Of a DNA stretch of 64,000 nt, positions 9,788 through 17,676 are shown one piece after another. Within the stretch, counting starts at the first letter, position 1; each line of letters starts with the position of its first letter. The DNA lies in the NCBI GenBank assembly GCA_003531585.1, contig DQFX01000060.1, positions 63,320 through 127,319 of the forward strand. The letters run 5' to 3'. The notes beneath the pieces were generated by a model, which saw only the letters and a list, made by a program, of their open reading frames with translations, did no database searches and was not told where the DNA came from. This DNA comes from Oscillospiraceae bacterium. Its GTDB lineage: Bacteria > Bacillota > Clostridia > Oscillospirales > Ruminococcaceae. Position numbers and translations under genes: made by a program.

Positions 9788-9816
9788 TTGACAACCCGCG
9801 TTGAATGTGCTATAAT
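9788..9816 (+). promoter_or_regulatory. Consensus promoter for the LysR gene.
   Basis: TTGACA, 17-nt spacer, TATAAT. Confidence 0.5.
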
Positions 9817-9848
9817 CGCAGCATAAACACATTCACAGGAGAAACACT

Positions 9849-10793
9849 ATGACATTGCAGCAGATGAAGTACGCGCTGACAATAGCGGAGCAGGGCTCGA
9901 TGAACAAGGCGGCGGAGCAGCTTTTTATCTCGCAGCCGTCGCTTACAAGCGCGGTCAGGGAGCTTGAAAAGGAAATAGGGATACAGGTTTTCGTCAGGAG
10001 CAGCCGGGGAGTTTCCGTCACCGCTGAGGGCGCGGATTTTCTGATGTACGTGCGTCAGGTCTACCAGCAGTACGAGCTGCTGCACCAGAAGTACGGCGGG
10101 AGCGGCGGCGCAAAGCGGAAATTCGGAGTTTCCACGCAGCATTATTCCTTTGCGGTAAAGGCGTTCGTTGAGATGGTTAAGAATTTCGGCACGCTGAATT
10201 TCGAGTTCGCCATACGTGAGACCCGCACGATGGACGTACTGCACGACGTGGGAGGATTCCGCAGCGAGGTCGGGATAATCTACCAGTGCGACTACAACCG
10301 ACGGATAATCGGGAAAATGCTCCACGAGCTGGAGCTGGAGTTCGTTCCGCTTATCGACTGCCGTGCGTACGTCTACCTGTGGAAGGATCACCCGCTTGCG
10401 AACGAGAAGTCGATCGGGCTTGAGCAGCTCGCGGATTACCCCTGCCTGGTGTTCGAGCAGGGTGACGGCGCGAGCGGATTCCTTGCTGAGGAGATACTCA
10501 CCGACAACGACTATCCGCGCATCATCAGGAGCACCGACCGCGCTACTCAGCTTAATCTCATGGTGGGTCTCAACGGATACACGCTGTGCTCCGGCATAAT
10601 CTGCGAGGAGCTGAACGGAAACGAGTACCGCGCGGTGCCGTTCCGCGAGGACGAGAACAACCGCAACACCGTCATGGAGATAGGCTACGTGATGAAAAAG
10701 CACAGCATACTCAGCGATATCGGGGAGGTCTACATCAGCGAGGTAAGGCGGTACCTCAGCGGCTGCGAGGGATACAAGGAGGAGAACAAATGA
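9849..10793 (+). CDS. LysR family transcriptional regulator.
   Basis: N-terminal LysR HTH (MTLQQMKYALTIAEQGSMNKAAEQLFISQPSLTSAVRELE) plus a substrate-binding domain. Confidence 0.85.
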   Translation: MTLQQMKYALTIAEQGSMNKAAEQLFISQPSLTSAVRELEKEIGIQVFVRSSRGVSVTAEGADFLMYVRQVYQQYELLHQKYGGSGGAKRKFGVSTQHYSFAVKAFVEMVKNFGTLNFEFAIRETRTMDVLHDVGGFRSEVGIIYQCDYNRRIIGKMLHELELEFVPLIDCRAYVYLWKDHPLANEKSIGLEQLADYPCLVFEQGDGASGFLAEEILTDNDYPRIIRSTDRATQLNLMVGLNGYTLCSGIICEELNGNEYRAVPFREDENNRNTVMEIGYVMKKHSILSDIGEVYISEVRRYLSGCEGYKEENK

Positions 10794-11014
10794 GCTATAC
10801 TTTTCAATACGCCGAGGTCCTGGAGCTGAAAAAGGCGTGCGCAGAGCATTTCCCGGATCATGTACACTTTCATGACGGCTGCGGAGGTCAGTATTTCTCG
10901 CTCGACGAGGAGAATGACGCGCTGTGCGGGTTCATCGCCGGGTACTTTGCGGAGCGCGGCTTAACGGCGGAATTCACGGGCGGCGGAACGGTTTTCACCG
11001 TCTCGAAGAATTGA
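10790..11014 (+). CDS. Small His/Cys-rich hypothetical protein (74 aa), translationally coupled to the LysR gene.
   Basis: ATGA start/stop overlap with the LysR gene; GGAGGAG RBS inside the LysR 3' end; motif CAEHFPDHVHFHDGCGG. Confidence 0.5.
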   Translation: MSYTFQYAEVLELKKACAEHFPDHVHFHDGCGGQYFSLDEENDALCGFIAGYFAERGLTAEFTGGGTVFTVSKN

Positions 11015-11195
11015 CAAAGAGGCTCCCGCATGCGGCGTGGGCTTTTTCTATGGAAATTTTGCCCAAAGTGCTGTAAAAGTTTGCTTTTTCTATTGACTTA
11101 AAGAGGAAAATATTATATAATATAGAGTGTATAATTATGCATTATAGTCCGGCTCACGGCAGCCTGGCATTCTATAATATCCCGGAGGTATTTGT

Positions 11196-14100
11196 ATGAA
11201 GCTCAGAAAAAGAATCGCGGCAGCGTTTACAGCGCTGGCACTAATGTTCACGTTGACTGACCCGGCGGCGCTCGGAGGTCTGATTGGTTCTTCTGGCGTT
11301 GCGTCGGCATATTCTATAATGTCCTTACTTGTAAACACAAAGTCTAACAAAATTCCTGTTCCTGAGGTTGGATTGGATTTATCAACAATAAATAAGAACT
11401 TTAACCCCGGGCTTGATTATATAAGTAGCGTGAATGTGTCATGGTATGAAGGTTCTCCAGTTATCGGTTCTGACGGAAAAGCAGTTTTGCCTTCGAACAC
11501 TGTTAACAGTTTTGGATATAATAGGCATTACTATGCGGTAGCAGAGTATATTCCTGGTCCTGGTTCATCAGCTGTAGGTAATGTTCCCGTGTTTTTTTAT
11601 GTTGATGACCCAATAAAACCAACTGATAGTGAAGTTTCTGCAAAGTCGTGGATAGGCGACACCGGCTCGATCTTCGCCGTGTTCGACTTCTCGACTTACC
11701 AGGCTACAAAGAAAGCCAAGGCGACCGGAGCGCGCTTCGTGCCGTCCGGCGACCCCAAGTACGGCTTCAGCGCCGATTACACAACGGTGTTCTTTACCAT
11801 ACCCTCCCACTCCAAGACCGACGTTATCGAAGGTCTGCTGCCGGGAACTGTAACTATTGACACCGAGGACAAAGAGGGCAGCGGTCTTTCCTTCGCGAAT
11901 GTTCCTGTGACCTGGAAATCCGGAAGCAGCTTCACATACGAGGGCGCCGGCTACGACCAGACAAACGTAACTGGAATGACCTTTACCATAGTCGGAACTG
12001 CCACCGTACCCACTAACAGGCTCAACGATATAGATTCGACAAGCGCCGGTGCAAAGACAAAGTTCACGCTGAAGGCGACCATTACAGTTGACCCTGCGGA
12101 TAAGGTGCAGAAGCCGTCTTTCTCAAGCGAGAATCCCGACGGCTCCACGTTTGACAAGACCACCTACATAAAGCTCGATCTCCCGAAGGAAGATAACGTA
12201 ACCTATTATTACATCGTTGCCTCCAGCGAGGACGAGCTGAACTCTCTGCCGTTTATTTACGACAACGACCACACCTACTACTCCAGCCGCGGAATTATGA
12301 TAACAGGCGTGGTAAACAAGAGAGTTCAGAGCTGGATAAAGGTTATTGGTAAGCACAACGAAAAGCAGGACAGCGACGTGCTGACCGGCTCGTTTACTGT
12401 TGCGATGCGCTCCAGCACCGGCTCCAATATCCCTGAGATACACATTATCGTCGACCAGCCGGTAGGCGGGCAGGCGCTTGATATCTCTGCGGAACTTGAC
12501 CCCTCGGCTCCCGACTACGAGACCGAGACGTTCGAAATATCCGATTTCGGCGCGGTTCAGTGGAAGGGCGGCTCCGGAAGCAGCGCCCTGGCTGAGTACA
12601 ACACGGAGTACACCATGCTGGTGGAGGTTATCCCTAACAGCCCGAACTACGTGTTCCTGCGTACTCCCGACGTTTACGTGAATGGAGTGAGATGCTCCGG
12701 CTCCACTAACGACACCGGTACGTTCACGATCGTTTACACCTTTGAAAAGACCGGAAAGCTCACCGACTACAGAGCTGTATCCCCCGGAAAGGTCGCCAAC
12801 GTGTCCAGCGGAACCACCGTGACCCAGATGGAAAACAGCTACCTCCCCAAGACGGTAACAGTTGTCGGCACCAAGGATAACCGTATTTCCGAGACATGCA
12901 GCGTAACATGGGATCTCACCACCGCGATAACCGACAAGGGAACTCCCTATAACCCCAAGATAGGCACTGCCCAGACAGTCACATTTACCGGTAAGGTAAG
13001 AGTCCCCGACTACATGGAGGAGGACTCCGCGAAGATGACCGTAACGGCGCAGATCTATGTTGAGGAAGCGTCGAAGGTCCCTGCGCCCTGGTCATACCCT
13101 CCCGATACCGTGGAAGGTCAGGGGACCACCGTGTTCAATTCCCCGCAGGATATCTCGCTTGAATCCGCGGTAAACAGCGCGACCATCTACTATAACATCG
13201 AAGCGTACGAGAACATCAGCGATATCTCCAAGCTCGCCGACCCCACCGAGACCGGCGGCACGAAGTACATCGAGCCGATCACGCTTTCCGGCGTGCCCGG
13301 GCAGTCGCTGTATTACTGCATAAAGGCGATAGCCACAGCCCCTGGCATGAAGCAGAGCGACGTATCCACATTTGTATACAAGGTAGTTATCGAGAAGAAA
13401 AAGACCCAGATCCCGAAGCCCACTCCGGAGCCGGGAAACTACGCCAGCTCGCTGACGATCACGCTCAATACCGAAACTCCCGGCGCGAAGATATACTATA
13501 CCCTCGACCCGAACGCAACAAAGTCCAGCGGATTCATCGAGTACACAGGTCCGTTTGACCTGAATGTTGCTGCGAACAGCACAAAGACATTCGCGCTGCG
13601 CACCTATGCGAAGGCTCCGAATGACAGCTGGAAGGATTCCGACATCAGCGAGGATCTTATCTATAAAATAACCGTGCCCAAGGAAAAGGCGGCGGTACCG
13701 GTGCCGAGCGTTCTTGACACCGCCAGCGAAACCGCGATCACGCTCACGCTCTCCTGCGCGACAGCCAAGGCTGATATCTACTATTCCATCGACACTCCGA
13801 TAACCTCCACCTATAATGGAATTCTGTACAAGTCGGGAACCAAGATAACCCTCAAGCGCGTGGATAATCAGGTCGTGACATACAAGCTGTATACCTATGC
13901 GAAGTCCAACGACCCAAGAATTGACGACAGCCTTGTAAAGACGTACACCTACACCGTCGGCAAGGACTACGGCGTTAAGAGTATCGAGATAGTCAAGCGG
14001 CCTGCAAAGTATTCCTACTACATGGGCGAGAAGCTGAATGTCGTAGGCGGCCTTATCAAGGTAACGTACATCGATGAGACCAAGGCTCCGGAAACAGTTT

Positions 14101-15047
14101 ACATGACCGAGAGCATGATTCAGGATTTCGATAGCTGGGTACTGGGTCAGCAGACTCTTACAGTTTATTATCAGGGCTGCACGGCTGCGTTCAATATCGT
14201 GGTGCGCAGACGTTCGTCAAGCAGTTCTGATTCTGACAATAAGCCGAGCGATTCCGGCAAGGACGATGGCAAGAAGGACGATACTACCACCGACCCGGGT
14301 ACTTCCGACACCGACAAAGACAACACTACCGATGGGACGGTATCCGACCCGACAATGGTGGGAAGCCTGGTGAAGGGCTGGACGCAGCTCCAGAAGAAGA
14401 TAGCGGCTGCTGCGAAGAATTCCCGCATTGTTATCAATCTGAACGGAAACACGTCCGTACCTGCGGATATCATCAACACCGCGATGAAGAAGAAGATCAC
14501 GCTGGAGTTCGTGGTAAACGACATGCTGAGCTGGGTAGTCGACACCGGTGCGCTGAAAAAGACGGTGGCTTCCCTCAGCGTGGGATTAAAGACCAACGAC
14601 GTTTATATCCCGACGGTGCTTATAGACAGCTCCGGAGACAGCGAGATAGTCAGAGTGCACACCTACGGCAAGAATAAGATAGGCGCGGTGCTTTACGTCA
14701 AGACCGGCAAGAAGGTGAACAACCGCTTTGCAAATCTGTTCAGGTATAACGAGGATTCGCACCTGCTTGATTTTGTTGATACTTCGAAGATAATTTCGAG
14801 CACCGGCGTTGCCCAGGTAGTTCCGGCGAACGGCGGCGATTACGTCCTCATGCTGGACACCAGGACGAGGCTCCCCGGCGACGCTGACAACAGTACGACG
14901 ATAGACGCCCGGGACGCTTCCGCGATACTCAAGATGTGCGTAGGCACGATGGAGCTTGACGACACATGCGACTACAACGGCGACGGATTTGTCAATGCAA
15001 TTGATTCGGCTGCGATACTCCGTTCAGTCGTAGGACTCAAAAAGTAA
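11196..15047 (+). CDS. Large secreted dockerin-containing protein (1283 aa). It has a signal peptide, Ig-like/CHB_HEX_C-like repeats, a Ser/Asp/Thr-rich linker and a C-terminal type I dockerin; no catalytic domain was recognised.
   Basis: Signal peptide MKLRKRIAAAFTALALMFTL. Recurrent (K/D)IYYxxD motifs. Linker SSSSSDSDNKPSDSGKDDGKKDDTTTDPG. C-terminal duplicated Ca-binding segments DADNSTTIDARDASAILK and DYNGDGFVNAIDSAAILR. Confidence 0.8.
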   Translation: MKLRKRIAAAFTALALMFTLTDPAALGGLIGSSGVASAYSIMSLLVNTKSNKIPVPEVGLDLSTINKNFNPGLDYISSVNVSWYEGSPVIGSDGKAVLPSNTVNSFGYNRHYYAVAEYIPGPGSSAVGNVPVFFYVDDPIKPTDSEVSAKSWIGDTGSIFAVFDFSTYQATKKAKATGARFVPSGDPKYGFSADYTTVFFTIPSHSKTDVIEGLLPGTVTIDTEDKEGSGLSFANVPVTWKSGSSFTYEGAGYDQTNVTGMTFTIVGTATVPTNRLNDIDSTSAGAKTKFTLKATITVDPADKVQKPSFSSENPDGSTFDKTTYIKLDLPKEDNVTYYYIVASSEDELNSLPFIYDNDHTYYSSRGIMITGVVNKRVQSWIKVIGKHNEKQDSDVLTGSFTVAMRSSTGSNIPEIHIIVDQPVGGQALDISAELDPSAPDYETETFEISDFGAVQWKGGSGSSALAEYNTEYTMLVEVIPNSPNYVFLRTPDVYVNGVRCSGSTNDTGTFTIVYTFEKTGKLTDYRAVSPGKVANVSSGTTVTQMENSYLPKTVTVVGTKDNRISETCSVTWDLTTAITDKGTPYNPKIGTAQTVTFTGKVRVPDYMEEDSAKMTVTAQIYVEEASKVPAPWSYPPDTVEGQGTTVFNSPQDISLESAVNSATIYYNIEAYENISDISKLADPTETGGTKYIEPITLSGVPGQSLYYCIKAIATAPGMKQSDVSTFVYKVVIEKKKTQIPKPTPEPGNYASSLTITLNTETPGAKIYYTLDPNATKSSGFIEYTGPFDLNVAANSTKTFALRTYAKAPNDSWKDSDISEDLIYKITVPKEKAAVPVPSVLDTASETAITLTLSCATAKADIYYSIDTPITSTYNGILYKSGTKITLKRVDNQVVTYKLYTYAKSNDPRIDDSLVKTYTYTVGKDYGVKSIEIVKRPAKYSYYMGEKLNVVGGLIKVTYIDETKAPETVYMTESMIQDFDSWVLGQQTLTVYYQGCTAAFNIVVRRRSSSSSDSDNKPSDSGKDDGKKDDTTTDPGTSDTDKDNTTDGTVSDPTMVGSLVKGWTQLQKKIAAAAKNSRIVINLNGNTSVPADIINTAMKKKITLEFVVNDMLSWVVDTGALKKTVASLSVGLKTNDVYIPTVLIDSSGDSEIVRVHTYGKNKIGAVLYVKTGKKVNNRFANLFRYNEDSHLLDFVDTSKIISSTGVAQVVPANGGDYVLMLDTRTRLPGDADNSTTIDARDASAILKMCVGTMELDDTCDYNGDGFVNAIDSAAILRSVVGLKK

Positions 15048-15051
15048 ACCA

Positions 15052-15090
15052 GACAGCAGGGAACTCCGGTTTCCTGCTGTTTTTTCCGGA
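15052..15090 (+). terminator. Terminator after the dockerin-protein gene.
   Basis: Hairpin cagcaggaa...ttcctgctg followed by tttttt. Confidence 0.6.
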
Positions 15091-15106
15091 CGTAAAAGGA
15101 GAAAAC

Positions 15107-15643
15107 ATGCGTATTGAAACGGAGCGGCTGTATCTGCGTGAGATGACAGCCGCAGATTACGAGGCGCTGTACGCCGTACTGGCGGATTCGGACATCATGC
15201 AGCATTACCCATACACGTTTGACGAGGCGAGGGTGCGCGGCTGGATAGACCGCAATATTGAGCGCTACAGTGTATTCGTGTTCGGACTGTGGGCGGTGTG
15301 CCTCCATGAAAACGGCGAGATGATAGGCGACTGCGGGCTGACTATGCAGCTAATAAACGGTCAGATAAAGCCGGAGATAGGCTGCCATATCCGCAGGGAC
15401 ATGCAGCGGCGCGGGTACGCAAAGGAATCCGCTTCGGCGGTCAGGGACTGGGCTTTCTGCAATACGCCGTTCAATGCGGTCTATTCATACATGAAAGCGG
15501 CGAACCTGCCGTCATGCCGCACTGCGGAAAGCTGGGGCTGTACCCAGGTAGACGAGTACGCCGACGCGGAGAACGAGCTTACAAAGGTGTACGCCATCAC
15601 ACGTAATGAATGGCAGATGCTCACCGGGAATAACAGCAAATAA
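15107..15643 (+). CDS. GNAT family N-acetyltransferase (RimJ/RimL-like).
   Basis: ERLYLREMTAADYEALYAVL N-terminus and a GNAT core. Confidence 0.8.
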   Translation: MRIETERLYLREMTAADYEALYAVLADSDIMQHYPYTFDEARVRGWIDRNIERYSVFVFGLWAVCLHENGEMIGDCGLTMQLINGQIKPEIGCHIRRDMQRRGYAKESASAVRDWAFCNTPFNAVYSYMKAANLPSCRTAESWGCTQVDEYADAENELTKVYAITRNEWQMLTGNNSK

Positions 15644-15740
15644 ACTGAATCGAAAATTGCGCAGATAAGTGTTGATGAATCACCGGAAATATGCTAATAT
15701 ATAGATATAGGCAGGAAATTCCGATGATCAGGAGGTAATT

Positions 15741-16586
15741 ATGGGCAGGCAGGAAAACATAGAAATATTCGAAAACACGATGTCGATGTGCAGGACCGAT
15801 CCGTTTCTGAGATCGGCGATAAAGGAATCAAGCGGCGCGCAGTCTCTGATACCGGAGGGTGACTGGGTGGAGCTTCCTATGATACAGAAGGGCGCCGCCG
15901 CGAAGGTCGTGGTGAGCCGCAAACGCACACTGGAAGCCGCCGCCGGCTACGCCAGGGCAGGGAAGCGCGTGTGCGTGCTGAATTTCGCTTCGGCGTCCAA
16001 CCCAGGCGGCGGAGTTAAGAACGGCTCCTCAGCGCAGGAGGAGGCGATATGCCGCTGTTCGACGCTGTATATGAACCTAATTCAGCCGGATATGTGGAGC
16101 GGGTTCTATACTCCGCACCGTGCGGCACCGGATCCGCTCCACAGCGACGACTGCATATACACTCCCGGAGTTGTGGTGTTCAAGACGGACAGCGCGTTTC
16201 CGGAGGTAATGCCGCAGGAAGAATGGTACAGCGTGGACGTTATCACCTGCGCGGCTCCGAACCTGCGGGAAAAGCCGAGCAACTCGATGAATTATGACGG
16301 ACACAGCGCAGTCAGCATTTCGGACGGCGACCTCCGGAAGCTCCACGAGAAGCGCATGGAGCGCATACTCAGCATAGCCGCACAGCACGGGTGCGATGTA
16401 GTTATACTCGGCGCGTTCGGCTGCGGTGCGTTCATGAATCCGCCGGAGGTAGTCGCGGCGGGGATAAAATCCGCGCTTGAGGGCTTCATGGAGCGCTTTG
16501 AAACCGTGGAGTTCGCCGTGTACTGCTCCCAGCGTGACGACACGAATTTCCGCGTGTTCGACAGGGAGTTCGGCTCACGGAAGTGA
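15741..16586 (+). CDS. Bacterial-type poly(ADP-ribose) glycohydrolase (DUF2263/TIGR02452 macrodomain protein).
   Basis: Diagnostic signature VLNFASASNPGGGVKNGSSAQEEAICRCSTLY (GGG-X7-QEE); GGAGG RBS. Confidence 0.75.
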   Translation: MGRQENIEIFENTMSMCRTDPFLRSAIKESSGAQSLIPEGDWVELPMIQKGAAAKVVVSRKRTLEAAAGYARAGKRVCVLNFASASNPGGGVKNGSSAQEEAICRCSTLYMNLIQPDMWSGFYTPHRAAPDPLHSDDCIYTPGVVVFKTDSAFPEVMPQEEWYSVDVITCAAPNLREKPSNSMNYDGHSAVSISDGDLRKLHEKRMERILSIAAQHGCDVVILGAFGCGAFMNPPEVVAAGIKSALEGFMERFETVEFAVYCSQRDDTNFRVFDREFGSRK

Positions 16587-16612
16587 CTCAGGCTGAAATC
16601 TGAAAATCAAAA

Positions 16613-16650
16613 CCGGCGGAGAGCAATGCTCCCTGCCGGTAGTTTTATTC
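16613..16650. terminator. Terminator after the PARG gene, probably bidirectional in the ancestral arrangement.
   Basis: About 12-bp imperfect stem ccggcggagagc/gctccctgccgg followed by tagttttatt. Confidence 0.55.
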
Positions 16651-16660
16651 AGTTCTGAGG

Positions 16661-16686
16661 GACATCGAAACCACGCACTCAACGTG
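16661..16686 (+). repeat. Direct repeat copy 1 (26 bp). It is a displaced duplicate of the rlmD 3' end and would encode an alternative tail, HVECVVSMSLRTE*.
   Basis: gacatcgaaaccacgcactcaacgtg is identical to 17693..17718; homology continues imperfectly a few bases beyond. Confidence 0.7.
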
Positions 16687-16935
16687 GCACGAGCCGTTGC
16701 AAACAATGTCTGCGGTGGCTTAAGGAGATTGTAGTCTGGGACGATAGATTTTCTGTGGAGTTGAAGTCGGGAATTAAGGTCGATGTTGAAAGATAATCAT
16801 AAACACACAAACCCTCCAAGCTATGATGGTCCAGAGGGTTATTTTGCTTCCTATGAACTGGAATTTCTCAATTTTACACTTGGATTATGTAAGAATGTTC
16901 CCATGCGCACAGGAATATCATCTACAACAAAAAAT

Positions 16936-16978
16936 AAGCGAGCTGAATTTGTCAACTCGCGTATTTTTGATAAAGAGT
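16936..16978 (-). terminator. Terminator of the islet gene.
   Basis: Minus-strand hairpin gcgag...ctcgc followed by ttatttttt, immediately after the stop at 16980. Confidence 0.5.
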
Positions 16979-16979
16979 T

Positions 16980-17396
16980 TTATTTCTTTTGTCGTTTTGT
17001 AAGATGTGTGAACGGATTTTTAATACAGAGGCACAATGATAACGATGACAATAAAAACAGAAATAATGAAATCCAATAGTACATGGTGTTGCTCTTAGCC
17101 ACTTCTCCAGTTAATGGATTATATATTATGTCAATTTTCTTTCCGACTAGTCTATCAACGTTAGCATTGTCACCTTTATAAAAAGGTTCAATATATAAAG
17201 TTACATCGGAGTGGGTGTGATTATTTATATCTGTATATGTTCCAAACACGACACCACCCGGTAATCCAACAAATGTTATTGTAGCTGTCGTAGTAATCCA
17301 ATTTCGTTGATGAATATAGGTGCTAATATTAAAAGTACACCATATAATAGATAAGATAAAGACTACAAATATTAAAATCTTATACCTTCTTTTCAT
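16980..17396 (-). CDS. Small two-TM membrane protein (138 aa) with DUF3592-like architecture, encoded on AT-rich DNA.
   Basis: N-terminal TM (ILIFVVFILSIIW), a beta-rich middle section and a C-terminal TM (YYWISLFLFLLSSLSLCLCI). AGGAGG RBS 4 nt before ATG 17396; codon usage unlike the neighbours. Confidence 0.55.
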   Translation of the reverse strand: MKRRYKILIFVVFILSIIWCTFNISTYIHQRNWITTTATITFVGLPGGVVFGTYTDINNHTHSDVTLYIEPFYKGDNANVDRLVGKKIDIIYNPLTGEVAKSNTMYYWISLFLFLLSSLSLCLCIKNPFTHLTKRQKK

Positions 17397-17676
17397 ACAA
17401 CCTCCTGAAATCAATGTAATGCATATCCAACCATAAATCGAGAATCATTTGCGTTTTCAAGGAATTTTGATATCACATTATATATTGCACAACAGAAAAC
17501 AACTTTTCTGCTCACCAACACAGCACTTCCGTACACCCGACCCCACCGCCGTGTATCGCTACGGAACTGCTGCCGCCGTGGACATATTACCACAAACGAA
17601 AATCACCTATAAAACGGAAAATCAGCACATTTGCCCCAGCACGCCTAAGCCGCACCGTTAAGCCAACAATCCCAAT

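Noticed and set aside
10586-10789. N-terminal extension of the small post-LysR ORF, and similar upstream extensions of ORFs at 22345, 35473, 38179, 40111, 47611, 54858 and 59294.
   Set aside because: The extensions overlap upstream genes or lack an RBS. Internal ATG or TTG codons with proper Shine-Dalgarno spacing and homology-consistent N-termini were preferred.
16783-17079. 98-aa plus-strand ORF inside the islet.
   Set aside because: Overlaps the better-supported minus-strand membrane-protein gene and its terminator; no RBS.
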